From a virus (Duplodnaviria; Caudoviricetes): 37,447 bases of DNA. Of this stretch, positions 8,205 through 15,838 are shown one piece after another (the stretch's first letter is position 1; each line of letters opens with the position of its first letter). The translations under genes were made by a program, and so were the position numbers. The notes under the pieces were generated by a model that was not told the DNA's origin, did not search any database, and worked only from the letters and a program-made list of their open reading frames with translations. The stretch covers positions 1-37,447 of the IMG/VR virus record IMGVR_UViG_3300016474_000241; one strand, 5' to 3'.

Positions 8205-9161
8205 TCACAGCCCGACCCTCTCCGCAGCCGCGGCCAGGTGCTCGGGCGAGAGGTGGGCGTAACGCTGCACCATCTCATGCGAGTGCCACCCCCCCAGCTC
8301 CTGCAGCACTGATAACGGCGTTCCGGCCATCGCGTGCCAGCTTGCCCAGGTGTGACGCAGGTCGTGAAACCTAAATCCAGGCACTCCAGCGCGCTTGCAG
8401 GCCGCCTCCCAGGTGTTGGCCCACACCCGCGTCATTTCGCCCCATACGCGCCCTGTGCGGGGCTCTGGCAAAGATGCCAGCAGCTCCCTGGCTTGCCTGT
8501 TCAGGGGCACCACAATGCGATGCCCAGCCTTAGCCTCGTCGGCCTCCACAACCGCCACGCCGCGCTCTAGGTCTACCTTCTCCCAGGTCAGGCCAAAAAC
8601 ATTCGATCTTCTCAACCCGGTGAGCAAAGCAAAACGGACTGGCATCCGATACTTTTCCGGGAGACAAGCAATCAAAACTTCAGCTTGTTCGCGTGTCAGA
8701 AATGCGACGCGGCGCTTGGGTTCTGCCTCGGACTTGAGGACGGGTGCGCGGTCCAGCCAGTCCCAGTCGCGCTCGGCAGAGCGCAACATAGCCCGCACCA
8801 GGGCGCGATAACGGTTCCTGGTGCTCCCGGTCACGTCCTGAGGCAACGCCTCCTCGATGTCGTCGCGGGTGATGTCAGCAAGCTGCTTGGCTCCCAGCTT
8901 GGGCAGGAAATAGTTGATCTTGTCCTGATCCTCGCTGATTGACTTCTTGTGGCCGCGCTCTGTGAGCCAGCGCGCACAGGCATCCTTAAAGGTCTTCTTG
9001 GGGCGAGCCTTGAGAACCTTGCCTTGCCACAGCTCGGCCCTGCGAATGTCGTACAGGTTCTGCGCTTGCTTTTTGTCGTTGGTCTTGAGTGATTCCCGGA
9101 TGCGAACGCCATTGATTTGAACGTCCATCCAGTACACGTCGCCGCGAAGTTTGATAGCCAT
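8205..9161 (-). CDS. int: Tyrosine integrase (P22 Int-like)
   Basis: TGLRRSN, K(AG), FHDLRHTWASW, LGGW, MVQRYAHL catalytic motifs; N-terminal arm-binding-type domain; AAGGA RBS. Confidence 0.95.
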   Translation of the reverse strand: MAIKLRGDVYWMDVQINGVRIRESLKTNDKKQAQNLYDIRRAELWQGKVLKARPKKTFKDACARWLTERGHKKSISEDQDKINYFLPKLGAKQLADITRDDIEEALPQDVTGSTRNRYRALVRAMLRSAERDWDWLDRAPVLKSEAEPKRRVAFLTREQAEVLIACLPEKYRMPVRFALLTGLRRSNVFGLTWEKVDLERGVAVVEADEAKAGHRIVVPLNRQARELLASLPEPRTGRVWGEMTRVWANTWEAACKRAGVPGFRFHDLRHTWASWHAMAGTPLSVLQELGGWHSHEMVQRYAHLSPEHLAAAAERVGL

Positions 9162-9185
9162 GTCGTGGGTTCCTTCAGTTGTTAT

Positions 9186-9220
9186 GGTGAGATTCTCGCA
9201 ACTTGCTGCAGTATTGTCAA
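9186..9220 (-). promoter_or_regulatory. int promoter with overlapping 17-bp operator
   Basis: Minus strand TTGACA-17 bp-GAGAAT with extended TG; operator GGTGAGATTCTCGCAAC (9186-9202) covers the -10. Confidence 0.7.
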
Positions 9221-9228
9221 CTACCAGA

Positions 9229-10572
9229 TTAAATTGACACAGCAGCGTCTATCCGGGCTCCAATCCAGCGCACCACAGGTACAGCCCATGAGTTGCCCAG
9301 CGCCTTGTAGCGCGGGCCGTCCGGGCACTCGCTGGCGGGCTTCTTGCGCCAAGGGATGGCGGTGTAGTTGTCTGGGAAGCCTTGCAAGCGCTCGCACTCC
9401 ACGGGTGTGAGGCGGCGCACGGACATCGTGGGCGGTTGCATTGCCATCTGATGTTCAGGAATTCGCCCAGCCCGCAGCGTGCCAGCGGTGTCGTACTGCT
9501 GAACGCCAAATTCGCTGTCTTGAAAGATGCCGATTGGCTGCGCCACCCCTTGAGTGGCGTGTGTGTCCACGGTGTAGCTGGTGCCGTCATCGTTCCAGCC
9601 TTTGCCGTTCTGCGCCTTCTCTCTGGGCGTGACATCCTGCAAGGCGATTGGATGCGCCGCAAACAGACTGCCATTAGTCGCACTGGCGTTGCCGTTCCAC
9701 TTCGTGCCGTAGGCGGCGGTTAGGCAGTCTGCGGTCTGCTGGAAGGCGATGGGCGCTTCATGGTTACAAGTCAATGTTGGGCCACGGTCAAAGCCGATTT
9801 CTGCCCCGCCTTGGCCGTGAGCCATGGTTATGATGGCTTCGCACTCGACTCGCTCGTTGCCTGTGCGACTGAACGGAGGGCCGTTTGTAACGCAGGGGGC
9901 AACTCTTTCCCCCGCTTCTCGGCTCGGCGCAGAATCCCGGCGCACGCCGTCGAACTCAAAAAGAACCGAGGCGGGATCGAAGTCGTTTCGAGCACTTGCG
10001 ACAACGAACACACGGCGGCGTCGTTGGGCCACTCCGAAATATTGGGCGTCGAGGATGCGCCACGCGACTGTTCTCTGGGGACCATACACACAACCAGCGT
10101 TCGGCCATTTGCCCCTTGGCGGTTCCACTGCACCATCTTCACCGGCAAGGCCTGCCAGAAAGCATCCGAAGGCGTTGTCTTTGGTGCTGAGCACTCCGGG
10201 GACGTTTTCCCAGAAGATGATGCTGGGAACAAGTCCAGCGTGAAGGCGTCGTGTGTCGATTGCATTGGCGATCTCGCAGAAAACTAAGGACAGGTTGCCG
10301 CGAGAATCGTCCAGTGACTTCCTCAGGCCGGCTACGGAAAATGCTTGGCACGGTGTGCCACCGCAGAACAGGTCTGGAGCCTCGACCTCACCGCTGGCGA
10401 TGCGGTCTGGCAGTAGTGTCATGTCTCCAAGGTTTGGGACATCAGGGTAGTGGTGCTTGAGCACAGCAGAAGGGAAGGGCTCGATCTCGGAAAGCCACGC
10501 AGCCTTCCAGCCCCAAAGCCCCCACGCGACCGATGCGGCCTCGATGCCAGAGCAGACAGAACCGAACTTCAT
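9229..10572 (-). CDS. DNA cytosine-5 methyltransferase
   Basis: Motifs I (CSGIEA), IV (GGTPCQAFS), VI (ENV), VIII (QRRRRVF), IX (RRLTPVECERLQGFP) and X (YKALGNS). Confidence 0.95.
   Translation of the reverse strand: MKFGSVCSGIEAASVAWGLWGWKAAWLSEIEPFPSAVLKHHYPDVPNLGDMTLLPDRIASGEVEAPDLFCGGTPCQAFSVAGLRKSLDDSRGNLSLVFCEIANAIDTRRLHAGLVPSIIFWENVPGVLSTKDNAFGCFLAGLAGEDGAVEPPRGKWPNAGCVYGPQRTVAWRILDAQYFGVAQRRRRVFVVASARNDFDPASVLFEFDGVRRDSAPSREAGERVAPCVTNGPPFSRTGNERVECEAIITMAHGQGGAEIGFDRGPTLTCNHEAPIAFQQTADCLTAAYGTKWNGNASATNGSLFAAHPIALQDVTPREKAQNGKGWNDDGTSYTVDTHATQGVAQPIGIFQDSEFGVQQYDTAGTLRAGRIPEHQMAMQPPTMSVRRLTPVECERLQGFPDNYTAIPWRKKPASECPDGPRYKALGNSWAVPVVRWIGARIDAAVSI
9828..10265 (-). CDS. Nested alternative-frame ORF, M.EcoHK31I beta-subunit-like
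   Basis: EWPN..VCSLSQVLET..FFLS..GILRRAEKRGKELP resembles, from memory, the overlapping beta polypeptide of M.EcoHK31I-type C5 MTases. Confidence 0.6.
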   Translation of the reverse strand: MQSTHDAFTLDLFPASSSGKTSPECSAPKTTPSDAFWQALPVKMVQWNRQGANGRTLVVCMVPREQSRGASSTPNISEWPNDAAVCSLSQVLETTSIPPRFFLSSTACAGILRRAEKRGKELPPALQTALRSVAQATSESSAKPS

Positions 10573-11045
10573 ACACCGAGCCCCCAGCAGGCGATCAGGC
10601 AGGCCTCGGCTTTGCCATCATCCTTCACGCGCTTGAACTCGCCCGCGTGCGCCGGCCAGATCTGGGCGGCCTTGGCGCGGGCCGCGTCCTTGCCGCCGTT
10701 GAGCTTCATGTCCTTCTTCCACTTGGCGGGGGTCACCGTCTGAGTGGGGATGGCCAGGCCACCCAAGACGCCCAGCACGATGCCGAAGGCTTGGCCGAAG
10801 GCGAACATGGAGCTCACCCCTTGACCAGGCATTGCGCCCACCTGCTCGACGTAGGCGACGGCGCCCTGGTCGGCATACAGTCGCAGCTCTGCGGCCAGCA
10901 TTTCGGGGCTCACGCGGCGCTTGGCCTTGCCCCCACTGATCACCTCCACGCTGGGCATGTCGAACACATGCACCAGCTTGCCGTTGTCCTCGAGGATGGC
11001 GATCGCGCCCGATGCGCCGGGATCGACGCCGATGATGAATTTCAT
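10569..11045 (-). CDS. RuvC-like Holliday junction resolvase
   Basis: IIGVDPG, YVEQV, VTPAKWKK, DDGKAEA acidic catalytic pattern. Confidence 0.85.
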   Translation of the reverse strand: MKFIIGVDPGASGAIAILEDNGKLVHVFDMPSVEVISGGKAKRRVSPEMLAAELRLYADQGAVAYVEQVGAMPGQGVSSMFAFGQAFGIVLGVLGGLAIPTQTVTPAKWKKDMKLNGGKDAARAKAAQIWPAHAGEFKRVKDDGKAEACLIACWGLGV

Positions 11046-11437
11046 TCCTGCTCTTCTTTCTTTCTGAGGGCCCGCAGCTGGCTGCGTGACAGGCCTAGGT
11101 TGAACACACTGTTGGCCCGCAGCTTGAGCTGCGACCGCGCCCAGTAGCGGCGCTTGATTTCCTTCTGGTCAGAGATGGGCTTGGGTGCATCCTTCCCTGA
11201 CCCGATCGCATAGAGGGCCCGCGGGTAGGTTCGCTCGCCCTCCATGTCGTAGACGTACTCCTTGACGTAGATGCGCTTGCCCGATACAGGCGTGCGCTTG
11301 TTAAGTCGTGACACGACAGACACGACTTCATCTTTAGGACGGCCCAAGCGCTTGCAAATCTCTGATCGCGTCATGGGGCCTTCCTCTTCGAGCATTCGTA
11401 GGATCTCCCGCACAATGCCCCCTCGCTTGGTCGTCAT
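11042..11437 (-). CDS. Winged-HTH DNA-binding protein
   Basis: ILRMLEEEGPMTRSEICKRLG..V..VVSRL; start at 11437 coupled (ATGA) to the upstream stop. Confidence 0.65.
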   Translation of the reverse strand: MTTKRGGIVREILRMLEEEGPMTRSEICKRLGRPKDEVVSVVSRLNKRTPVSGKRIYVKEYVYDMEGERTYPRALYAIGSGKDAPKPISDQKEIKRRYWARSQLKLRANSVFNLGLSRSQLRALRKKEEQE

Positions 11438-11613
11438 TTTTTCCTCGCCACTGCTCGCCTGGTCCAGCACACGGCGCAGATCCAGCGCCCGTTGCCCATG
11501 TCCATGCCGCCCTCTGGCGGCTTCTTGGTTTCGCACTTGTCGCACGTCTTGAAGCGGTGCGCGGGCTGCGCCACGTTGCCCTTGAGGTCGATGCTTTGCT
11601 TGACGAAACTCAC
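11434..11613 (-). CDS. Small zinc-finger protein
   Basis: CDKC...WICAVC; GTG start overlaps the upstream TGA. Confidence 0.6.
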   Translation of the reverse strand: MSFVKQSIDLKGNVAQPAHRFKTCDKCETKKPPEGGMDMGNGRWICAVCWTRRAVARKK

Positions 11614-11741
11614 AGCGCATTCCATCCCAACATGAAAATCAAATACCAGGCCTTGAAACACAGGCCCACAAATGCGATCAGCACGCCGACCATCAGCCAG
11701 CTGATCACGATCGCGGGCACGACTTGCAGCAGCCACTTCAT
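11610..11741 (-). CDS. 43-aa hydrophobic membrane peptide (not in ORF track)
   Basis: MKWLLQVVPAIVISWLMVGVLIAFVGLCFKAWYLIFMLGWNAL; coupled at both ends (ATGA/GTGA); GGAGG RBS. Confidence 0.65.
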   Translation of the reverse strand: MKWLLQVVPAIVISWLMVGVLIAFVGLCFKAWYLIFMLGWNAL

Positions 11742-12925
11742 GCGCCACCTCCCATCTTCTTCATGGCCTCGACGGCGGCCGCTGTCTTCTTGCGCAGCTC
11801 GCGCTTGGGCGGCGCGTCAGGCTTGACCGGGATGTCGTCGGGGTGCGTGGCCAGCTCCTCGAGCCAGTCCATGTGCACGCCGCCGCTGACCATCGTGCTG
11901 CCGGGTATCTGCTCCTTGATCTCGACCACGTTGGCCAGGAGCTCGCCGGGGCACTGGTGCAGCTCTTTGCTGCTGAACACCGGGCCGTAGCCTTCGACGC
12001 GCTCGGGGCCGTTCACGAACATCACGCCGGTGGCGCGGTGCTTGTACGCCACCCACGTCTCGCCGCCGTCGATGGGCTCGCCGTAGGGCACCAGCGTGGG
12101 GATCATCAGGTGCTGGTTGCAGGCCTGGCGCTGCATCTCGGTGGTGATCTCGGCGTTGTGGTGCTGGCACTGCCATGAGGCATTCTCAACAGGCGTGGCG
12201 TGGCAGCAGGTGCGGCAGTTGACCTCGGCGGCCAAGCCGCCGTGGCAGTGCTTCCACATGTTGCACATCTTGCAGATGTAGTAGGCCGGGTCTTCGCTGA
12301 GCTTGCCTGGCGGGTTGGGAGCCTCGATCAGGTATTCGGCCTTGAGCTTGAGCGCGATGAACCGGTCTTTGTCGAAATGGACCCACTCGCAGTACACGTC
12401 GTCGGTGTTCTTGTTGACGCCCATGTAGAGGGCGCGGTCGATCTCCATGAGGCCCATGTAGACCTGCATCTGGCCGTAGTGCTGGGGCTTGGACCCTTGC
12501 ACCTTGTTCTTGACCAGGTCCATGAACGACTTGTCGCTGTGCGTCTTGAACTCCAGCACGCAAATACTCTTGGGCGCCTCGGGCACGCCCTGGGCGACGC
12601 CATCGAGCGAGCCGCCGAAGTGCCCATTGCACGCGCTCACGCGCCATTGGTCACCGTTCTCGTCGGTGTCCCAGACGGTGGCACCGATGCCGCGCAGCTC
12701 CTCGATGAGCCTGGCCTCTTCGCGCTTGCCGGTGTCGAACAGGCGCAGGATGCGGCCCTTGAACTCAGGCTTGAGCACCCAGCGCCAGGTCAGCCAAATG
12801 TAGCGCTCGCACTCATGGCCGATCAGGGACGCGCCCATGTGTGGGCGGTGCTCCTGCGGCTTGGATTCGTACCAGCGGACGATCGCCGCGCTGGTGCTGT
12901 GTTGTGATTCGGGAAGTTGTGCCAT
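11738..12925 (-). CDS. Cas4/RecB-like PD-(D/E)XK exonuclease
   Basis: GASLIGHEC, GSLDG, LEFKT, QMQVY, CKMC..C metal-cluster cysteines; sits in the Sak4-SSB recombination module. Confidence 0.8.
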   Translation of the reverse strand: MAQLPESQHSTSAAIVRWYESKPQEHRPHMGASLIGHECERYIWLTWRWVLKPEFKGRILRLFDTGKREEARLIEELRGIGATVWDTDENGDQWRVSACNGHFGGSLDGVAQGVPEAPKSICVLEFKTHSDKSFMDLVKNKVQGSKPQHYGQMQVYMGLMEIDRALYMGVNKNTDDVYCEWVHFDKDRFIALKLKAEYLIEAPNPPGKLSEDPAYYICKMCNMWKHCHGGLAAEVNCRTCCHATPVENASWQCQHHNAEITTEMQRQACNQHLMIPTLVPYGEPIDGGETWVAYKHRATGVMFVNGPERVEGYGPVFSSKELHQCPGELLANVVEIKEQIPGSTMVSGGVHMDWLEELATHPDDIPVKPDAPPKRELRKKTAAAVEAMKKMGGGA

Positions 12926-12941
12926 CGTTGTCTCAAAAGGT

Positions 12942-13023
12942 GGGGCCTACTCGCTGCGTCTGGTGCGGAGTTGCACCGCTTCACTTTCGTGATCGCCTTC
13001 GTCCAGCATCCGCTTTCGGCCCC
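12942..13023 (-). ncRNA. Candidate structured intergenic RNA
   Basis: GGGGCC/GGCCCC closing stem, GAAA/GAGUA internal loop (loop-E/S-turn like), CUGG/CCAG stem, UCAC-GAAA-GUGA GNRA hairpin. Confidence 0.55.
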
Positions 13024-13028
13024 GTTGT

Positions 13029-13238
13029 TCACTGTCGTCCGAACCAGCTCTCCATCGTCCTGATGGAGCTCTTTAATTCGGTTTCGGAGGGCCTCGACTT
13101 GTTGTAAGTCTTCAGCGCCTTCGCGTGGTCTTTCCTGTAGCTGCGAACCTCTTGGATGCTGCCGCCGCTCTTGATGTACGGTGGTAACTGTTCAACAAGA
13201 GGGCGCAGCATGTTTTTGAGGTCCGCGCTCAAGATCAC
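13029..13238 (-). CDS. Hypothetical protein (69 aa)
   Basis: C-terminal part of the long track ORF; GTG start coupled to the SSB stop (GTGA). Confidence 0.55.
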   Translation of the reverse strand: MILSADLKNMLRPLVEQLPPYIKSGGSIQEVRSYRKDHAKALKTYNKSRPSETELKSSIRTMESWFGRQ

Positions 13239-13711
13239 TTCTCCCAGGGCTTGCGCGCCGGGGCTGCGGCCGCAGGGGCGGGCGCTGCGGGGCGAGCTGC
13301 AGGAGCTGCAGGCTTGGCCGCGCCAGCGTTGACGTAGCCCACGATGCGGTTGCGCTCGGGATCCTTGCGGTCGATCTCGACGTTGGCCACGAAGGGGATG
13401 TCGTGCAGCTGCACGGTGTCGTCCAGCTCGGTGACGCCCACAGCAAAGCACAGGGCCGCCAGCGCTTCCTTGGCGATCTCCTCGGCCTGCTTGTTGGGGT
13501 TGTCCACGTTCAGGCGCTCCCAGTGACGGCGGCCGCTGTGCTCGCCAGCGATGACTTGCATCTCGAGTTCGAGGTAGTGGCCGGTGCCGGCCTTGGTGGG
13601 TTTCACGTCCGACTTGACGATGATCATGTCGTAGCTGCCTGCGGGCAGAGGCCCGTAGGTGCGCGGCTGCATCGGCTCGACGGTATTGGCGTTGAAGTTG
13701 AAGGTTGCCAT
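13235..13711 (-). CDS. DUF669-type single-stranded DNA-binding protein
   Basis: PLPAGSY..I..S..K.TK.G.G.YL.LE; Pro/Ala-rich tail ending KPWEK; next to the Sak4-like ATPase. Confidence 0.8.
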   Translation of the reverse strand: MATFNFNANTVEPMQPRTYGPLPAGSYDMIIVKSDVKPTKAGTGHYLELEMQVIAGEHSGRRHWERLNVDNPNKQAEEIAKEALAALCFAVGVTELDDTVQLHDIPFVANVEIDRKDPERNRIVGYVNAGAAKPAAPAARPAAPAPAAAAPARKPWEK

Positions 13712-13720
13712 CGTTTTTCC

Positions 13721-14476
13721 TTAGTTGGCGGGGGTGGTGGATGCTGCAAGAGCAGCGGCGAATGCTTCCCAATCGAGGGGCATGTTCTTGAGGCCGAACC
13801 GATTGCCGCCCATGTGCGCGGGGTGCGGCTCGACGTGCAAGATTCGTTTGCCGGTGGTGCGGGCTTTGATCTCTTTGTTGCCAAAGCCTGAGGCCGTCTC
13901 GGTCGTGACGATCTGATAGTTGGCCCAGCCGATCACGTCGGCCCACTCCTGCACCAAAGCAGCAGCGCGGTCGTGCAGCTTCAGGACGTACTGGTCGTAG
14001 CCGTCGTGCATCGGGCTCTCGAAGTGCTTGATCTTGTCGTGCGCGATCAGGATCACGGCCATGTTCTTCTGCTGGCGCAGCTCCTCGAAACCGCTGAGCA
14101 GGTTGCGCCACTCCTCGGCGGCCGCGATGTAGCCCTTGCCGTAGCCTGGCGCTTCGATGTTGGCCCACTTGTTCTCAGCGCAGACGTGCGCGTGCAGCAG
14201 GGGCTCGAGCCAGTCCAGCGAGTCGAGGAAAACCGAGTTGAAGTTGTGGTCCTCCTTGAGCAGCGTGCCGATAGCGGAATACACATCGGCAAGCGATTGG
14301 CACAACGGGAAGGCCGAAGCATCGACCGCATCGGCGCCGTCCTCAGTCAGGATGCCGACCGCGTTGGGGGCCATCGCGGCGAACGTCGTCTTGCCGATCT
14401 TGCCGGGGCCGGCGATCACGATCTTGGGGGCGCGCAGGCGTTTGGTGCGCGAGATGGATGCAAGGTTAAATGCCAT
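13721..14476 (-). CDS. Sak4-like AAA_24 ATPase (single-strand annealing)
   Basis: GPGKIGKTT Walker A, FLDSLDWLE, GYGKGY, ILIAH, EWADVIG. Confidence 0.85.
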   Translation of the reverse strand: MAFNLASISRTKRLRAPKIVIAGPGKIGKTTFAAMAPNAVGILTEDGADAVDASAFPLCQSLADVYSAIGTLLKEDHNFNSVFLDSLDWLEPLLHAHVCAENKWANIEAPGYGKGYIAAAEEWRNLLSGFEELRQQKNMAVILIAHDKIKHFESPMHDGYDQYVLKLHDRAAALVQEWADVIGWANYQIVTTETASGFGNKEIKARTTGKRILHVEPHPAHMGGNRFGLKNMPLDWEAFAAALAASTTPAN

Positions 14477-14780
14477 TGGTTTTTCTCCGATAGGTTCGTG
14501 TGAGCCTGGCGTGTGCGCTCAGGCGAAGTGATTGTCGATACCCGACGGGCTCGATCAGGTGAGCGAACTTCTTGGCCAGGCCGCCCCACGCGTTAACGTG
14601 GTGAGGCTGGCCGATGCCGTAGCGCTCGACGCAGGCGCGGAAGTCCTCGAGCGCGAACTCCTCAGGGGCCTCTGTGCGCAGCCACCATTGGAATGCGAGC
14701 CCGACTTCATCGGCCCACGCGGCAGCGTTGTCCAGCACCTGCTTGATGCCGGCATCACGCAGCTGTTGCCCGGTGTTCAT
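14466..14780 (-). CDS. Hypothetical protein
   Basis: 104 aa; GQQLRDAGI and PHHVNAWG motifs; coupled within the operon. Confidence 0.65.
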   Translation of the reverse strand: MNTGQQLRDAGIKQVLDNAAAWADEVGLAFQWWLRTEAPEEFALEDFRACVERYGIGQPHHVNAWGGLAKKFAHLIEPVGYRQSLRLSAHARLTRTYRRKTNGI

Positions 14781-15163
14781 TCTTTGAACACCACCTTGAC
14801 GCCGGTCTTGGCCGGCGTGACCGTGACCGCCGGGGCGATCTGCCGCCAGGCATCGGGCGAGTGCTCGCGCAGCGCCTTGAGGATCGACTCGTCGGCCTTG
14901 ACCTCGGTCTTGATGGGCCGGGCCTCCTCGGGCCAGTTGGCCGTGAGCTCCTGCAGCTTGGCCACGTCGGCCTTGTAGGTCAGCTTGCCGGTCAGCGAGA
15001 TCTTCACGCCCATCGGCGTGGCGAACGTCTCCATGCCCTCCTCGCGTGCAGGATGGATCGCAAGGATCTGCTCCTCGATGGCCACGCGCTCGTCGCGTGC
15101 ATTTTCTTCCCTGCGTTTAGCGATGGCCCACTTGTTGGCCAAAATGTCGATTTGTTCCATCAT
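14777..15163 (-). CDS. Hypothetical protein (recombination module)
   Basis: 128 aa, N-terminal coiled coil, coupled within the operon. Confidence 0.7.
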   Translation of the reverse strand: MMEQIDILANKWAIAKRREENARDERVAIEEQILAIHPAREEGMETFATPMGVKISLTGKLTYKADVAKLQELTANWPEEARPIKTEVKADESILKALREHSPDAWRQIAPAVTVTPAKTGVKVVFKE

Positions 15164-15345
15164 TTTTTTCCCGTTGTTTTGGTGGTTGGAGGCAAACAGT
15201 CTTTTGGAAGATCGTCCGATCTCACAAATTCAAGGGTTGTGAAACGATGGTTGTTTGCGCACTCATAGCGGCGGCGTTTTGTGTGATCAGATCGAGTTCG
15301 TGTTTCCAAAACGTCAGCCCAGGCGTTGCATCGAGGACAATTCAT
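15160..15345 (-). CDS. NrdR-N-like zinc-ribbon protein
   Basis: MNCPRC...VLETR...RRRYEC...RFTTLE; ATG at 15345 coupled to the upstream stop. Confidence 0.7.
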   Translation of the reverse strand: MNCPRCNAWADVLETRTRSDHTKRRRYECANNHRFTTLEFVRSDDLPKDCLPPTTKTTGKK

Positions 15346-15524
15346 TGTGAAAGCCCCATCACCAAGCATGCGGCAAAACCAACGCCAATGAAAGCAGCCA
15401 GCGCATAGCCAGCCCATCGCTCCCAAGTCGGGATGCGGTAAGCCATCGGTCGCACAGAGGCGTAGCCGTAAGTGAAGGTGCAGTCCGCAAGCGTGCGGGG
15501 TGTGGTGATGTGGGAGGGTTTCAT
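15342..15524 (-). CDS. Small membrane protein
   Basis: AGGAG RBS, 60 aa, C-terminal TM. Confidence 0.65.
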   Translation of the reverse strand: MKPSHITTPRTLADCTFTYGYASVRPMAYRIPTWERWAGYALAAFIGVGFAACLVMGLSQ

Positions 15525-15538
15525 GTTGTGGGCTCCTG

Positions 15539-15733
15539 TCATTGTTTGAACTTGTATTGGTCGGGGGCGTACTCGTTCCAGATCTTGCCCTTGGGATCGA
15601 CCTGGGCGCGTAGCCCGAGGATCTTCTGGCTGACTGCTTTGCCGCGTGACCAGGCCGTGTGGTCGTCGCTGTAGTCGTAGAACCAGTCGTGGGTTGCGAG
15701 CAGTTCGCGGTAGAGCTGTTCTCCTAGGGTCAT
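15539..15733 (-). CDS. Hypothetical early protein (HDWxYxYSDD motif)
   Basis: GAGG RBS, ATG at 15733; first gene of the leftward operon. Confidence 0.7.
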   Translation of the reverse strand: MTLGEQLYRELLATHDWFYDYSDDHTAWSRGKAVSQKILGLRAQVDPKGKIWNEYAPDQYKFKQ

Positions 15734-15762
15734 CGTTGTCCTCGTTGTGTTGTTGACGATGG

Positions 15763-15796
15763 AATGATTACAACACAACGATGCGAAAAACACAAC
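15763..15796 (-). promoter_or_regulatory. PL-like early promoter with two tandem 17-bp operators
   Basis: Minus strand TTGTGT-17 bp-TGTAAT; operators AATGATTACAACACAAC (15763-15779) and GATGCGAAAAACACAAC (15780-15796). Confidence 0.65.
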
Positions 15797-15804
15797 GTCC
15801 AAGC

Positions 15805-15831
15805 AAAAAAGTCGGGATTAGTAAAAATCCC
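15805..15831 (-). terminator. Possible terminator after the repressor gene
   Basis: GGGATT/AATCCC stem followed on the minus strand by a T6 run. Confidence 0.4.
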
Positions 15832-15838
15832 AGCAATT

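Noticed and set aside
8170-9172. 11-bp direct repeat flanking int as a target-site duplication of a mobile int cassette
   Set aside because: The same word occurs at many other gene starts, so it is better explained as part of the genome-wide motif.
9229-11045. Restriction-modification pair
   Set aside because: The neighbouring nuclease has RuvC resolvase motifs; the MTase is best read as an orphan.
11738-12925. Cas4 as part of a CRISPR-Cas system
   Set aside because: No other cas genes or array; the Sak4/SSB context indicates a phage recombination exonuclease.
13239-14168. N-terminal extension of the 379-aa track ORF
   Set aside because: Overlaps the Sak4-like and SSB genes out of frame; only the coupled 13029-13238 part is plausible.
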